Positions 18,397-28,590 are shown, numbered from the stretch's first letter. The stretch: DNA of 52,933 bases from Actinobacteria bacterium UBA7524 (GCA_002478275.1 DLMY01000024.1:1-52933); one strand, 5' to 3'. The notes: generated by a model from the sequence alone, not told the origin. Numbers and translations: made by a program.

Positions 18397-19353
18397 GTGC
18401 GAACATCCCGCGGCCCCGTTGGGTCCCTGCTTTGCGCGCTCGTGAGCGTCTCGTTGCTCGCGGGCTGTTCGAGCACGAGCGAGCCGGTGCGTGACGCTCG
18501 CGAGGCGTTGGGGACCGTTGTGAGCGTGACGGCGTATCGGACTGATGGGGCGTCGGACGAAGATGTCTTACGAGCTGTCGACGATGCATACGTACGTATG
18601 GCGGGGGTCGAGAGCGCTCTCGATGCGCACGAGCCGGGGTCTGTGATCGCCAGGCTCAACGCTGGAGTCGTCGATGAGCTGCCGGCGGAAGCACTCCAGG
18701 TCCTTGAAGCACGTACCCGCCTGGGAGTCGAAGCCGAATTCTCGCCCCATCTGCTGGAGGTTACGAGGCTCTACGGGTTCGAGGAAGGCGGCACGGTGCC
18801 GGAACCCGAGGACTTGGCCCGGGCGCTTGAGGCGCACACCTACGACCTGGGCGGCGCCGCCAAGGGACTGGCGCTGGACGAGGCGATAGCAGTGCTAGAT
18901 GACGAGCCGGACATCGCGGCGACCCTGGTTTCCGCAGGAAGCACGACCGTCACGACCGGTTCGAAACCTGACGGGGAGCCCTGGCGCATCGGTGTCGAGC
19001 ACCCGAGGGAGCCGAGCGCGACCATCGCGACAGTCGAGGCGCCGGGACCGGTGACCGTCTCGACCTCCGGTGACTACCAGCGTTACTTCGAACGTGACGG
19101 CGTACGATACCACCACATACTCGACCCGGCGACGGGGCTGCCCGTCCGCGGGCTGCGCTCGCTTACGGTGGTCGGAGCCGCCAGCGGACTGGACTCGGAC
19201 ATCCTGTCGACGGCGCTGTTCGTGATGGGCCGTGATCGCGCCACGACGTACGCCGAGGAACGCGGTCTGGGCCTGGTGCTCGTGGATGACGAAGGCCGGG
19301 TACTGATCGTACCCGGCCCCACTGATGCAGCTTGGCGGATCGTGGAGCAATGA
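18397..19353 (+). CDS. apbE: ApbE-family FAD:protein FMN transferase lipoprotein
   Basis: Lipobox LLAGC; DLGGAAKG, WRIGVEHP, STSGDYQRYF, YHHILDPATG and DILSTALFVMG. Confidence 0.9.
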   Translation: MRTSRGPVGSLLCALVSVSLLAGCSSTSEPVRDAREALGTVVSVTAYRTDGASDEDVLRAVDDAYVRMAGVESALDAHEPGSVIARLNAGVVDELPAEALQVLEARTRLGVEAEFSPHLLEVTRLYGFEEGGTVPEPEDLARALEAHTYDLGGAAKGLALDEAIAVLDDEPDIAATLVSAGSTTVTTGSKPDGEPWRIGVEHPREPSATIATVEAPGPVTVSTSGDYQRYFERDGVRYHHILDPATGLPVRGLRSLTVVGAASGLDSDILSTALFVMGRDRATTYAEERGLGLVLVDDEGRVLIVPGPTDAAWRIVEQ

Positions 19354-19388
19354 GTCGGGCCCCATGGCGACTTGCCAGGAAGTCCTGT

Positions 19389-19781
19389 CTACTCTCCGAT
19401 GAAGCTCTTCACCAGACCGAAGACGACCGGAACCTCATAGTACTCGGACTGGAACGCTTTGATGAGCGCGATGATCTGGAATACCAGGATGACTATCCCG
19501 ACGATCCAGCCGACCACGGGAATCATCCAGGCTATCATCGAGGCCACGCCGAGTGCCAGCGCTTGAATCGCGTGGAACTTGACGAACTTCTCCTCCTTGT
19601 AGGGCTCGATCAGGATCGCGATGAGTGCGACGATCCAGAAGATGTAGCCCAAGGCGGCCAGCAGCTTGCTGGTATCGCTCGCCGGTCCCGGCCGATCCGC
19701 TGTCGCCTGCGGAGCGCCGGGCACCGGTGCACCGGGCGCGGGTGGCGCCGGCGGCGTGGGAGTGCCGGTGTTCTCGTCCAT
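19389..19781 (-). CDS. DUF4870-like membrane protein with Pro-rich N-terminus
   Basis: LAALGYIF…FVKFHAIQA… with three TM helices; GAGGGG RBS before MDENTG. Confidence 0.75.
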   Translation of the reverse strand: MDENTGTPTPPAPPAPGAPVPGAPQATADRPGPASDTSKLLAALGYIFWIVALIAILIEPYKEEKFVKFHAIQALALGVASMIAWMIPVVGWIVGIVILVFQIIALIKAFQSEYYEVPVVFGLVKSFIGE

Positions 19782-19947
19782 CGTAGGTCCCCTCTCTCGG
19801 TTCCAGGGTCTTCGCCGGCCCACCCAACGGCTGACCGGCTCTCGATTGAGTATACCCAACCTGGCTGGTATCATTGGTTGTTGGAACAGCGCCTTCCGGG
19901 GCATTAGAAGCCATCCGTCACACCAGGCCCGCCGGAGGAAACGAAGC

Positions 19948-21180
19948 ATGAAACGCAGCCGCGCATATCTCCCCATCTTCATTTCGCTCATATTCCTGCT
20001 GTCTTCGGTCGCGGTCGCCCACGGAGCGACTCAAGCCGAACTCGAAGCTCATCGCCGCAAAGCCGCCGAGGCTCGTCAGGCGGCTGCGGACGCCCAGGCG
20101 AAAGCGAACGAGTTGCGGGCCGAGGTCGAAGACCTGGACAAGAAGATCGCCTCGCTTGAGGGCAAGGTCCGGGAGCTGGAGCCACAGATCTCATCGGCGA
20201 CCGCACGTACGAGCAAGCTCAAGGCCGAGGTCGAAGAGCTTCGCGCGAAGATCACGGTCAAGGAAGCGGAGATCGCGCAGACTCAGGCGGACTACGATCT
20301 GCAGGCCCAGTTGCTGTCTTCGAGGATGCAGTCCTCATACAAGCAGGGCGACATGTTCTACATCGACATCCTGCTGGGCTCCAAGGACTTCGGGGACCTG
20401 ATCGCCCGTACCAGCCTGGTCCAGCGCGTCATCGAATCGAACCATTCAGTCACCGTACAGCTGACTGAGATCAAGACGTCTTTGGAGCAGCGCAAGGCCG
20501 AACTCGCCCGCACCCTCGACTCAGTGCAGGCGAAGAAGACCGAGGCAGAGGTCGTCGAGAAGAACCTTCGGGACCTGCAGGCCCAGCGCAAGGCCGCCGT
20601 CGACGAGCAGGAAGACATCCAGGGCCAGAAATCCGCGTTGATGGCCGAGAACGAGGCCAACGCCAAGAGGCTGCGCGCGATAGCCGAGGAAGAGGAACGC
20701 GAGTCTGCGCGCATCGAGAGCGAACTGCGGGGCCGCAGTTCTGGCGGTTCGGGTGTGTACAACGGCGTCATGGCATGGCCGGTGCCCGGCTTCTATCGTG
20801 TCTCTTCGGGGTTCGGCTACCGGATCCACCCGATCTTCGGCACACGCAAGATGCACACCGGCATCGACATCGGTCGAAACCTCGACCCGCCCCGATCCAT
20901 CGATGGCGCTGCGATCGTCGCCGCGGGAGATGGCGAGGTCATCTTCGCGGGGTACCGCGGCGGATACGGCAACACGGTGATGGTCGACCACGGCGACGGC
21001 GTCGTGACCCTCTACGCGCACATGCAAAGCGGCGGTATCGCAGTATCGAACGGGCAGAAGGTCGAGAAGGGCCAGCGCCTCGGTGCAGTGGGTTCCACGG
21101 GGTACTCGACCGGACCACACCTGCACTTCGAGGTACGCATCAATGGCGCGCCGGTCGATCCGATGGGTTACCTGAGGTAG
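19948..21180 (+). CDS. Secreted coiled-coil + M23 peptidase (EnvC/PcsB-like murein hydrolase)
   Basis: Signal peptide, long coiled coil, and intact M23 motifs HTGID, YGNTV, TLYAH and STGPHLHFEV. Confidence 0.9.
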   Translation: MKRSRAYLPIFISLIFLLSSVAVAHGATQAELEAHRRKAAEARQAAADAQAKANELRAEVEDLDKKIASLEGKVRELEPQISSATARTSKLKAEVEELRAKITVKEAEIAQTQADYDLQAQLLSSRMQSSYKQGDMFYIDILLGSKDFGDLIARTSLVQRVIESNHSVTVQLTEIKTSLEQRKAELARTLDSVQAKKTEAEVVEKNLRDLQAQRKAAVDEQEDIQGQKSALMAENEANAKRLRAIAEEEERESARIESELRGRSSGGSGVYNGVMAWPVPGFYRVSSGFGYRIHPIFGTRKMHTGIDIGRNLDPPRSIDGAAIVAAGDGEVIFAGYRGGYGNTVMVDHGDGVVTLYAHMQSGGIAVSNGQKVEKGQRLGAVGSTGYSTGPHLHFEVRINGAPVDPMGYLR

Positions 21181-21182
21181 CG

Positions 21183-21749
21183 CTAGCTCGCGTTGAACTC
21201 CTGCATCGCCGAGTCCAGTCCGTGCTCGAGCACGTGCATGACGCACTGAGCCGCGACCGGGATCTGGGCCTCGAACTCCTCTAGGGCGGCACCGCGCAGT
21301 GGCTGCAAAACGTAGTCTGCGGCATCCATGCGTCCGGGCGGGCGGCCGACACCGACACGCACCCGAGGATACGAGTCCGAGCCCAGCATCTCGCTGATCG
21401 AACGCAACCCGTTGTGCCCGCCGTGCCCTCCGCCGCGCTTCACGCGCACCGTTCCGGGCGCAAGATCGATGTCGTCGTGGACGACTATCACATCCTCGAT
21501 AGCGACCTCATACGCGTCCACGAGCTTACTGACGCCCCTGCCGGACAGGTTCATGAAGGCGAGAGGCTTTGCCAGGACGACATCGACATCGCCCACCTTC
21601 ACGCGCGCGGCGAGCGACCCGGCCTCGTCCTTCCAGTACGATGCACGCAGATTGTCGCCGAGCAGGTCGACGACAAGGAATCCCGCGTTGTGGCGCGTGT
21701 TCTCGTACTCGGGCCCCGGATTCCCGAGGCCCACCACCAAGCGCGGCAT
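21183..21749 (-). CDS. pth: Peptidyl-tRNA hydrolase
   Basis: LVVGLGNPG..Y..TRHNAGF, MNLSG, HDDID and GGHNGLRS. Confidence 0.97.
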   Translation of the reverse strand: MPRLVVGLGNPGPEYENTRHNAGFLVVDLLGDNLRASYWKDEAGSLAARVKVGDVDVVLAKPLAFMNLSGRGVSKLVDAYEVAIEDVIVVHDDIDLAPGTVRVKRGGGHGGHNGLRSISEMLGSDSYPRVRVGVGRPPGRMDAADYVLQPLRGAALEEFEAQIPVAAQCVMHVLEHGLDSAMQEFNAS

Positions 21750-21758
21750 GGCGAGCGC

Positions 21759-22409
21759 CTAACCCTCCTCGGACTCCGTGTCCGTCTCGCCGATGAGCTC
21801 GGGCTCAGCAGCTTCTTCCTCGGCGCCCTCGGCCACTTCAGCCTCTTCGCTGATGGGCGTCACGACGGAGCACAGCACCGTCTCGGGATCGTCCAGGATG
21901 CGGATGGCGTCCGGAACCACCAGGTCGGCGACGGTCATGGTGCTGCCCATCTGCAGCTCTGACACATCCACTTCGATGAAGTCAGGAAGATCGCCCGGCA
22001 GCGCCTCGACGTTGGCTTCACGAGCCTCGTGCAGCATTGTGCCGCCTTCTTTGACCCCTGCAGCGTCACCGACGAAGTGAAGCGCGACCGTAGTGTGGAC
22101 GACACGGTCCATACGGATAGCCATGAAGTCGACGTGCAGGATCGTACCTTTGACAGGACTGGTCTGTATCTGCCGGATCATGGCATTGACCGGCTTGGAC
22201 TCTCCGTCGATCACAAGCTCGACAACACCGGAGGAACCCGACTGGTGCTGCAAGAAGAGTTCGAAGTCGTGACGGGGCAGCGAGAGCGACACGGTTTCGC
22301 GCGCAGGACCGTACAGAACGGCCGGGATGAGACCTTCGGCGGCAAGGCGGCGGTTCGCCTTGCCGGTGACCTCACGTGTCTTGGCGACTATGCTGGTCGA
22401 TTCGGTCAT
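21759..22409 (-). CDS. rplY: 50S ribosomal protein bL25/Ctc (long form)
   Basis: RRL..EG.IPAVLYG, ILHVDF, GVKEGG and an acidic tail; located between prs and pth. Confidence 0.95.
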   Translation of the reverse strand: MTESTSIVAKTREVTGKANRRLAAEGLIPAVLYGPARETVSLSLPRHDFELFLQHQSGSSGVVELVIDGESKPVNAMIRQIQTSPVKGTILHVDFMAIRMDRVVHTTVALHFVGDAAGVKEGGTMLHEAREANVEALPGDLPDFIEVDVSELQMGSTMTVADLVVPDAIRILDDPETVLCSVVTPISEEAEVAEGAEEEAAEPELIGETDTESEEG

Positions 22410-22458
22410 GCTGGCGTACTCCTTTCGAGGGCGGACCCGAGTGGGGTGCCACCTGACA

Positions 22459-23424
22459 TCATAACTGGAAATCGGGGTCGAACAGTTCCGAGACGGATTC
22501 GTCGTTGTACACGTTCTGCACCGCATGCGCGATCAATGGCGCGACACTCAACACGCGGATCTTGCCTCCACGCCGCTCATCGGGAACGGGAAGGGTGTTC
22601 GTCACGACCACCTCGGCCACCGGCGCGGACTCGATCCGGTCGTACGCCGGCGGTGAGAAGATACCGTGAGTCGCCGTCACGTAAACGCTCGCAGCGCCCG
22701 CGTTCATGAGTGCCTTCGCGCCCTCACTGATCGAACCGGCTGTATCGATCATGTCGTCAGCGACGATGCAGTTCTTTCCGTCGACGTTGCCGATTACATG
22801 CGTGATCTCCGCAACGTTATGCTCGGGCCTTCCTTTGTGCATGATGGCGAGTTCGGCACCAAGCATGTCCGCCAGCTTCTTGCAGACCTTCACGCGGCCT
22901 ACGTCCGGCGACACGACGACACAGTCAGTCAACTTGAGTGATTCGAAGTAGTCCGCAAGGATCGGAAGCGCTGTGAGGTGGTTGACGGGCTGATTGAAGA
23001 AGCCCTGGATCTGTCCCTGGTGGAGGTCCATGGCGATCACGCGCTCGACACCGGCGGTCGTCATCAGGTCGGCGACCAGCTTGGCCGTGATGGGTTCGCG
23101 CGCCGCAGACTTCTTGTCCTGACGGGCATATCCGTAATGGCTGATGACCGCAGTGATGCTCTTGGCGCTCGCCCGTTTGGCGGCATCGGTCATGATCAGC
23201 AGCTCCATGAGCGTCGAGTTGACCGGCGCACAGATGGACTGCAGCAAGAAGACGTCGGCGCCGCGGACCGATTCGAGGAAGCGAACGTATATCTCGCCGT
23301 TTGCGAACTTATCGATCTTGACGTTGCCGAGCTCGACGCCCAGGTGCTTGGCCACACCCTCGGCCAACTCCCGGTTGGAGGTGCCCGAGAACACCATCAT
23401 CCGTTTCTCGGATTCTCCCATCAT
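22459..23424 (-). CDS. prs: Ribose-phosphate pyrophosphokinase
   Basis: FANGEI.V, YGYARQDKK, DLHQGQIQGFF, VSPDVG and DDMIDTAGS. Confidence 0.97.
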   Translation of the reverse strand: MMGESEKRMMVFSGTSNRELAEGVAKHLGVELGNVKIDKFANGEIYVRFLESVRGADVFLLQSICAPVNSTLMELLIMTDAAKRASAKSITAVISHYGYARQDKKSAAREPITAKLVADLMTTAGVERVIAMDLHQGQIQGFFNQPVNHLTALPILADYFESLKLTDCVVVSPDVGRVKVCKKLADMLGAELAIMHKGRPEHNVAEITHVIGNVDGKNCIVADDMIDTAGSISEGAKALMNAGAASVYVTATHGIFSPPAYDRIESAPVAEVVVTNTLPVPDERRGGKIRVLSVAPLIAHAVQNVYNDESVSELFDPDFQL

Positions 23425-24818
23425 CCGTCCCGTCCTTCCCTGCCGCCGTCACTTCCGCGGTCCTTGCGGCGTTTGGCCCATGCTTCGACCGTGCGCTGCT
23501 CCGCCCGCTCGATCCCCAACGAACCGGCCGGCACGTCTTTGGAGATCGCCGAGCCGGCTGCGGTGGTCGCGCCCTCGCCGATGCGCACGGGGGCTACAAG
23601 CATGGTAGCAGAGCCGATGAAAGCATTGTCCTCGACCACCGTCGGATGCTTGTCGACCCCGTCGTAGTTGCACGTGATGGAGCCCGCGCCCACGTTCACG
23701 CCGCTTCCCAGCGTGGCATCTCCGATGTACGAGAGGTGGGGGACCTTCGAGCCCTCGCCCACCACCGAGTTCTTGATCTCCACACAGGTCCCCGCCTTGG
23801 CGTGCGCGGCCAACTTCGTTCCGGGCCTCAGATATGCGACCGGTCCAACGTTAGCGCCGGGACCCACCTCGGCCGAGATGAGCACCGAGGAATCGATCCG
23901 GGCGTCCTCGGCGACTGAAGAATCGTTGATACGAGTATTGGGGCCGATGTGGGCACGGTCACCTATGCGCGTGGTACCGGTAAGGAAGGTCATCGGTTCG
24001 AGCACGACATCGCGCCCGATACTCACCGAAGGCGCGATCCACACGAGTTCGGGTGCTACCATCGTCACCCCGGCGAGCATGTGGGCTTCGTTCACGCGCG
24101 CCTGAAGAACCCTGGTGGCTTCGGCCAACTGCACCCGCGAGTTCACACCCAGCGTCTCCTCGGGATCGTCCGTCGGGACCGCGACCACACCGAGACCCTC
24201 ACTCACCAGGATCGCCACCATGTCGGTTAGGTAGAATTCGCCCTGAGCGTTGCTGGTGTCCAGCCGATCCAGATGCTCGAAGAGCACGCGTGAATCGAAG
24301 CAGTACGTCCCCGTGTTCACCTCACGTATGGCCGCCTGTTCGGCGGTGGCGTCCTTCTGTTCGACGATTGCCTCGATCGCACCGCCTGCGGAGCGCACGA
24401 TACGACCGTAACCGGTAGGGTCATCGTAGGACGCCGTGAGCACGGACATCGCAGCGTTTGCCGACTCCCTGGCCTCGATGAGTGCCCGAATCGACTCATG
24501 CCTGAGCAGCGGGGTGTCCCCGGACAGCACGACCACGGAACCATCGTGGTCCCGAAGTCCTTCCCTGGCGCACATCACGGCGTGCCCCGTACCCAACTGA
24601 CGGTCCTGCCGGCAGCACTCCATCCCATCGAGCAAGCTCTCCACGGTTTCGGCTCCGTGCCCTGTAACGACTATGACCCGATCGCATCCGGCCGAACCGG
24701 CGGCATCAGCGACGTAGCGCACCATGGGTACGCCCAAGATCGTGTGGGCGACCTTGGGAAGGTCCGACTTCATTCGGGTACCCTCGCCGGCAGCGAGGAT
24801 AAGTGCGGCCGCGGACAT
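23421..24818 (-). CDS. glmU: Bifunctional UDP-GlcNAc pyrophosphorylase/glucosamine-1-P acetyltransferase
   Basis: LAAGEGTRMKS, QLGTGHAV, GEFYLTD, hexapeptide repeats, HLSYIGD and TCNYDG. Confidence 0.97.
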   Translation of the reverse strand: MSAAALILAAGEGTRMKSDLPKVAHTILGVPMVRYVADAAGSAGCDRVIVVTGHGAETVESLLDGMECCRQDRQLGTGHAVMCAREGLRDHDGSVVVLSGDTPLLRHESIRALIEARESANAAMSVLTASYDDPTGYGRIVRSAGGAIEAIVEQKDATAEQAAIREVNTGTYCFDSRVLFEHLDRLDTSNAQGEFYLTDMVAILVSEGLGVVAVPTDDPEETLGVNSRVQLAEATRVLQARVNEAHMLAGVTMVAPELVWIAPSVSIGRDVVLEPMTFLTGTTRIGDRAHIGPNTRINDSSVAEDARIDSSVLISAEVGPGANVGPVAYLRPGTKLAAHAKAGTCVEIKNSVVGEGSKVPHLSYIGDATLGSGVNVGAGSITCNYDGVDKHPTVVEDNAFIGSATMLVAPVRIGEGATTAAGSAISKDVPAGSLGIERAEQRTVEAWAKRRKDRGSDGGREGRDG

Positions 24819-24878
24819 CGCGAACTCCTTCTCCGGCGTCTGGGTATCGCGGGCCTCATGACCCACGAGAGACTGACA

Positions 24879-24953
24879 TGGCTGGGGCGGTAGGATTCGA
24901 ACCTACGAATGGCGGATCCAAAGTCCGCTGCCTTGCCGCTTGGCTACGCCCCA
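24879..24953 (-). tRNA. tRNA-Gln(TTG)
   Basis: TGGGGCGTAGCCAAGCGGCAAGGCAGCGGACTTTGGATCCGCCATTCGTAGGTTCGAATCCTACCGCCCCAGCCA. Cloverleaf with encoded CCA; upstream TTGACG-N17-TACAGT promoter. Confidence 0.97.
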
Positions 24954-25026
24954 AAAGCATCCCTACTGTATGGAAGGGGTCCTGTAGCGTCAACCTGGAC
25001 CGTCAAGGAGCGAAGGCCGGGACCAG

Positions 25027-25332
25027 CTAGTCCATCAGTGCCGCTTCTTCGTGGAGCTCAGCGTTCGCGAACGCCGAAACACCACCCTCGACCTGGAACT
25101 GATCGAGCACGGCTTGCTGGATGCGCGTACGGGTGTCCGTGTTGATCGGATGACAGATGTCGCGAAAGTCACCATTCGGCAACTTGCGCGACGGCATGGC
25201 GACGAACAAGCCCTTGTCGCCATTGACGACCCTCAGATCATGGATCACGAATGCGTCGTCTATCACGATACTCGCGATCGCGCAGACCTTGTTCATGGAG
25301 ACGGGACGCAGCGTGACGTTCGTGATGTCCAT
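25027..25332 (-). CDS. spoVG: SpoVG-family nucleic-acid-binding regulator
   Basis: MDITNV…IDDAFVIHDLRVVNG.KGLFVAMPSRK..NG.FRDICHPIN. Confidence 0.95.
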   Translation of the reverse strand: MDITNVTLRPVSMNKVCAIASIVIDDAFVIHDLRVVNGDKGLFVAMPSRKLPNGDFRDICHPINTDTRTRIQQAVLDQFQVEGGVSAFANAELHEEAALMD

Positions 25333-25396
25333 ATCGCTTCCCCTCATTGCAGGAACGTGCGGCACCCCCTGCCGCCGTTACGAAACCCCTGATACC

Positions 25397-26176
25397 CTAT
25401 TCTGTACCCACCGTGCGGTTCCTACCAGACACAGCGAACAGCGCGTGTTCGGCAACGACGACATCGACGGGCTTATCCACGTCCGCGCCGATCGAAGCGT
25501 GCCTGGTAAGGACCGCTGCGCCCTTACCACCGAGAAGCTCCTCCATCTTCTCCTCGACCTCGGACACCCGCAGTATACCCAGGGCGAGCCTGACCACGAA
25601 ACGCAACCCTATGACCTTCGCCATCCGCAGTGCGGACTTCCTGGTCTCGAACAAGCGCTGTCCTATCCATTCGTTGCGCGCAGCCAGCAGCGGGTTCGCC
25701 AGCATCAGATTGCCTCCGGTGTACTGGCCGTCCGCCAGTCGGACGTACGTGCGCTCGCTGCCCGGGAACTGCGACAACATGTCGGACTTGGAGATCAACG
25801 GGTATGTGAAGTCGGCCCCCGACGCAAGGGACAGCGCGACGAAGTCATCGATCGCTTCTGCTGTCAGGGCAGGCAGGTCACCTGTTGCGATCAGAACCGG
25901 TCGTTCACTCCTGAATGCCCGGATACCCGCCAGGATGTTCTCGATGAACCTGCCGTCGGAAACGACCAGTTTGTCGACCTTGTCGACCCACGGACCGAGG
26001 TCCTCGGCCGTGGGGACGACCACGGCGATCTCAGCGACCGACTCGGCGGCACGCAAAGCGTCGACGACCCATTCGACCATGGGCTTCCCGGCAACGGGGA
26101 GCAACCCCTTGAAGCGGGAGTTCGGATCTATCGCCGCACCCTCGCCCCCGGCGAGCACGACCGCGTCTACGCTCAC
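25397..26176 (-). CDS. MobA-like nucleotidyltransferase family protein
   Basis: DAVVLAGG…KGLLPVAGKPMVEWV…TGDLP…TGGNL…GADVDKP. GTG start with RBS. Confidence 0.8.
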   Translation of the reverse strand: MSVDAVVLAGGEGAAIDPNSRFKGLLPVAGKPMVEWVVDALRAAESVAEIAVVVPTAEDLGPWVDKVDKLVVSDGRFIENILAGIRAFRSERPVLIATGDLPALTAEAIDDFVALSLASGADFTYPLISKSDMLSQFPGSERTYVRLADGQYTGGNLMLANPLLAARNEWIGQRLFETRKSALRMAKVIGLRFVVRLALGILRVSEVEEKMEELLGGKGAAVLTRHASIGADVDKPVDVVVAEHALFAVSGRNRTVGTE

Positions 26177-26186
26177 GTATGCCCCT

Positions 26187-27098
26187 TCACTGACGGCCGT
26201 CGTCGAAGCCGACTTCAACTCCATGCCCGACCGACCTGGTGGAACACGCCCACCAACCGCGTTCCCGTGCCTGGCCAGCCACCTTCTTCGCAGTCTCGGC
26301 GCTGTCACATATCGCGAACACGGCCGAGCCGCTGCCAGCCATCTCTGCACCCAAGACCCCGTCTGAACCCCTCACCCATGCTAGCGCGTCGGCTATCTCA
26401 GCCGCCAGTCCCACCGACGAATCGGTCATGTCATTGAACAGTGCTCGCGCCACCGCGTCGGCATCGTTGCGTTCGCAAGCCTGCAACATCGCATCCTGAC
26501 CCGGGGGAGCGATGCGCCTCGCGGTTCCGGACGAGCGTGATTCATCAATTGCCCTATATGCCGCAGCAGCAGACACGGACGCCGATACCTTGACCACTGC
26601 GATATCGAGCACAGGTGTCGGCACCACCCGGACGAGCTCATCTCCTTTACCTGCGAACAACGCGGTCCCGCCGGTCAGGAAGAACGGGACATCGGCCCCT
26701 AATGAGGCTGCAACCCGTCTCACGACGGGATCATCGGGGTCGACCCCCCACAGCCTGGACAGCGCGACCAACGTCGCGGCAGCGTCAGAGCTTCCACCGC
26801 CCAACCCGGCGGCGGCAGGAATGTGCTTCTCGACCTCGATGCTGACATCCGGATCGCGCCCGAGCTCACCCGCAAACGCACATGCGGCACGATGCACGAT
26901 GTTCTCCTCGGCAGGTACGCCGACGTCCGGCCGACATTCGACGCGAAGTTCGTCAGCCGCACGCACCGTCAGTACATCGCTGAGTGCGATGGCCTGCATG
27001 ATCGTGTCGACCCGATGGTAACCGTCCGGTCCCGCATCGCCGACGGCCAGATACAGATTCACCTTCGCGGGGGCGGTGACGGTGAGCGTGGACATCAC
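26187..27098 (-). CDS. ispE: 4-(CDP)-2-C-methyl-D-erythritol kinase
   Basis: APAKVNLYL, DGYH, KHIPAAAGLGGGSSDAA, LGADVPFF and MAGSGSAVF. Confidence 0.96.
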   Translation of the reverse strand: MMSTLTVTAPAKVNLYLAVGDAGPDGYHRVDTIMQAIALSDVLTVRAADELRVECRPDVGVPAEENIVHRAACAFAGELGRDPDVSIEVEKHIPAAAGLGGGSSDAAATLVALSRLWGVDPDDPVVRRVAASLGADVPFFLTGGTALFAGKGDELVRVVPTPVLDIAVVKVSASVSAAAAYRAIDESRSSGTARRIAPPGQDAMLQACERNDADAVARALFNDMTDSSVGLAAEIADALAWVRGSDGVLGAEMAGSGSAVFAICDSAETAKKVAGQARERGWWACSTRSVGHGVEVGFDDGRQ

Positions 27099-27114
27099 TC
27101 CACCCCCCGAAACA

Positions 27115-27146
27115 CGACGGCGCGGGAATCGATCCCCGCGCCGTCG
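27115..27146 (-). terminator. Hairpin/terminator after veg
   Basis: 12-bp stem CGACGGCGCGGG/CCCGCGCCGTCG followed by TGTTT on the minus strand. Confidence 0.6.
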
Positions 27147-27168
27147 AGCGATACCTGTCTCATCTGCG

Positions 27169-27450
27169 TCAGTTCAGCCAGGGGAGCAGACTCTCTCCGC
27201 TATCGCAGTGGGTCAATTCCACTGTGCCGGTGAGAACGTCCACGTAGCTGTAAGAGACACGAGCCGTGCGTTCCCGCTTCTCTTCTACCTTCACCACGAA
27301 CAGACTCGGATGGGTCTGCTCGAGGATCCCCTCTCGCTCCACGATCTTAGAACGGCCCATGTTCGCACGCAGCCGCATGCGAGTCCCCATCATGGATTCA
27401 AGGTCGTCTCGAATCCGTCCTACGACCAGAGCCTGCTGAGCCACATCCAT
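27169..27450 (-). CDS. veg: Veg-family protein
   Basis: LRANMGRSK..EREG.LEQTHPSLFVV…RVSYSYVDVLTGTVEL. AAGGAGG RBS and TTGAGT-N17-TATACT promoter. Confidence 0.93.
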   Translation of the reverse strand: MDVAQQALVVGRIRDDLESMMGTRMRLRANMGRSKIVEREGILEQTHPSLFVVKVEEKRERTARVSYSYVDVLTGTVELTHCDSGESLLPWLN

Positions 27451-27562
27451 ACATTCGCCTCCTTCAAGTACGAACGCACAGTATATACCAGCAAGGGACA
27501 AAACTCAAGGTAAACCGCTATATCTCGCGCCCGTCTCGCCAACCGATAGCACTGCTCGCGCC

Positions 27563-28528
27563 TCAGGCGGACAAGGGGGCATCTACGTGCGGATTCACCG
27601 TAGGCATCACTGTGTCCAAGCCCCCCGTGAACCGTATTCCTGCAGAAAGCGCCTGATTCGGGTTCCACTCCACCAGTGTTCTGTAGTCTCGCTCGTAGTC
27701 GTCCATCGTGAGGGGCGTCGGCGGAGCGTGATAAGGAAACTCCCACTGCTCCTCGGTCCGATAAGGAAACGTCCTGCCCATGAACTCGCGGGTCCGGTCG
27801 AAGTCGAGCGTCGTGTCAAAGACGGACATCCCGAACAGGCAGGGGGTCGTGTACGGTCCAGCGAGATCCTCGGCAGAGGTGGTAAGCAGCTCATCGATCT
27901 GCGCAAGCAGCACTTCGAGAGAGGCCACCGTGAGCGTCGCGAGCCGTGCACGCAGGTCTGAGGAAGTCTCGAACCGTCCGGTCGCTCGCATGAACCATGA
28001 TGTGAACGCAAGGCCGGCGGGAGAACGAAGTGCGGCGATCATGCCCCTCCGTGCCGCCTCGGACCGAAGCGCGATCAGCGCCGCCCGGATGCCGAGGAAC
28101 TCCCGCCTGGAGTGCTTCATCGCCTCGCGCCCCACGTACGGCGCGAGTAAGCACACCCGATCCACGCGGTCTGCGCACCTCTGCAGCGTGCGTAGTGCGA
28201 GCAAGCCGCCGAATGAGAACCCGAGAAGACCGAATCTCTCCACTCCGAGATGGTCGGCCATCTGCTCGACGAGTTCCGCGATATGCTCGCTGCTGTAACC
28301 GTTCGCCAGCGGAGTGCTGCCACCGTAGCCGGGAAGCTCGAAGAAGTGGACCGTGTAGCGCTGTCCGACAAAGCGTATGAGGGGCTCCCAGTCCTCGATC
28401 AGTGAGATCGTGGCGGGTACGGCGATAACGGGGTCACCCACGCCACAGGAGCCGACTGACAACGTCGCGAGGGGTAGTTCGAGCTGATGACGAAGCACTG
28501 GCGGGGCCCTTCTGTTGTCGGCAGACAT
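27563..28528 (-). CDS. Alpha/beta-fold hydrolase
   Basis: ELPGYGGS and the nucleophile elbow GFSFGG. Confidence 0.8.
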   Translation of the reverse strand: MSADNRRAPPVLRHQLELPLATLSVGSCGVGDPVIAVPATISLIEDWEPLIRFVGQRYTVHFFELPGYGGSTPLANGYSSEHIAELVEQMADHLGVERFGLLGFSFGGLLALRTLQRCADRVDRVCLLAPYVGREAMKHSRREFLGIRAALIALRSEAARRGMIAALRSPAGLAFTSWFMRATGRFETSSDLRARLATLTVASLEVLLAQIDELLTTSAEDLAGPYTTPCLFGMSVFDTTLDFDRTREFMGRTFPYRTEEQWEFPYHAPPTPLTMDDYERDYRTLVEWNPNQALSAGIRFTGGLDTVMPTVNPHVDAPLSA

Positions 28529-28590
28529 GCAATTCTGCCCCTATGAGCCACACAACGCAACCAGCCCCGCCAGAACCCGCAACGATCACA

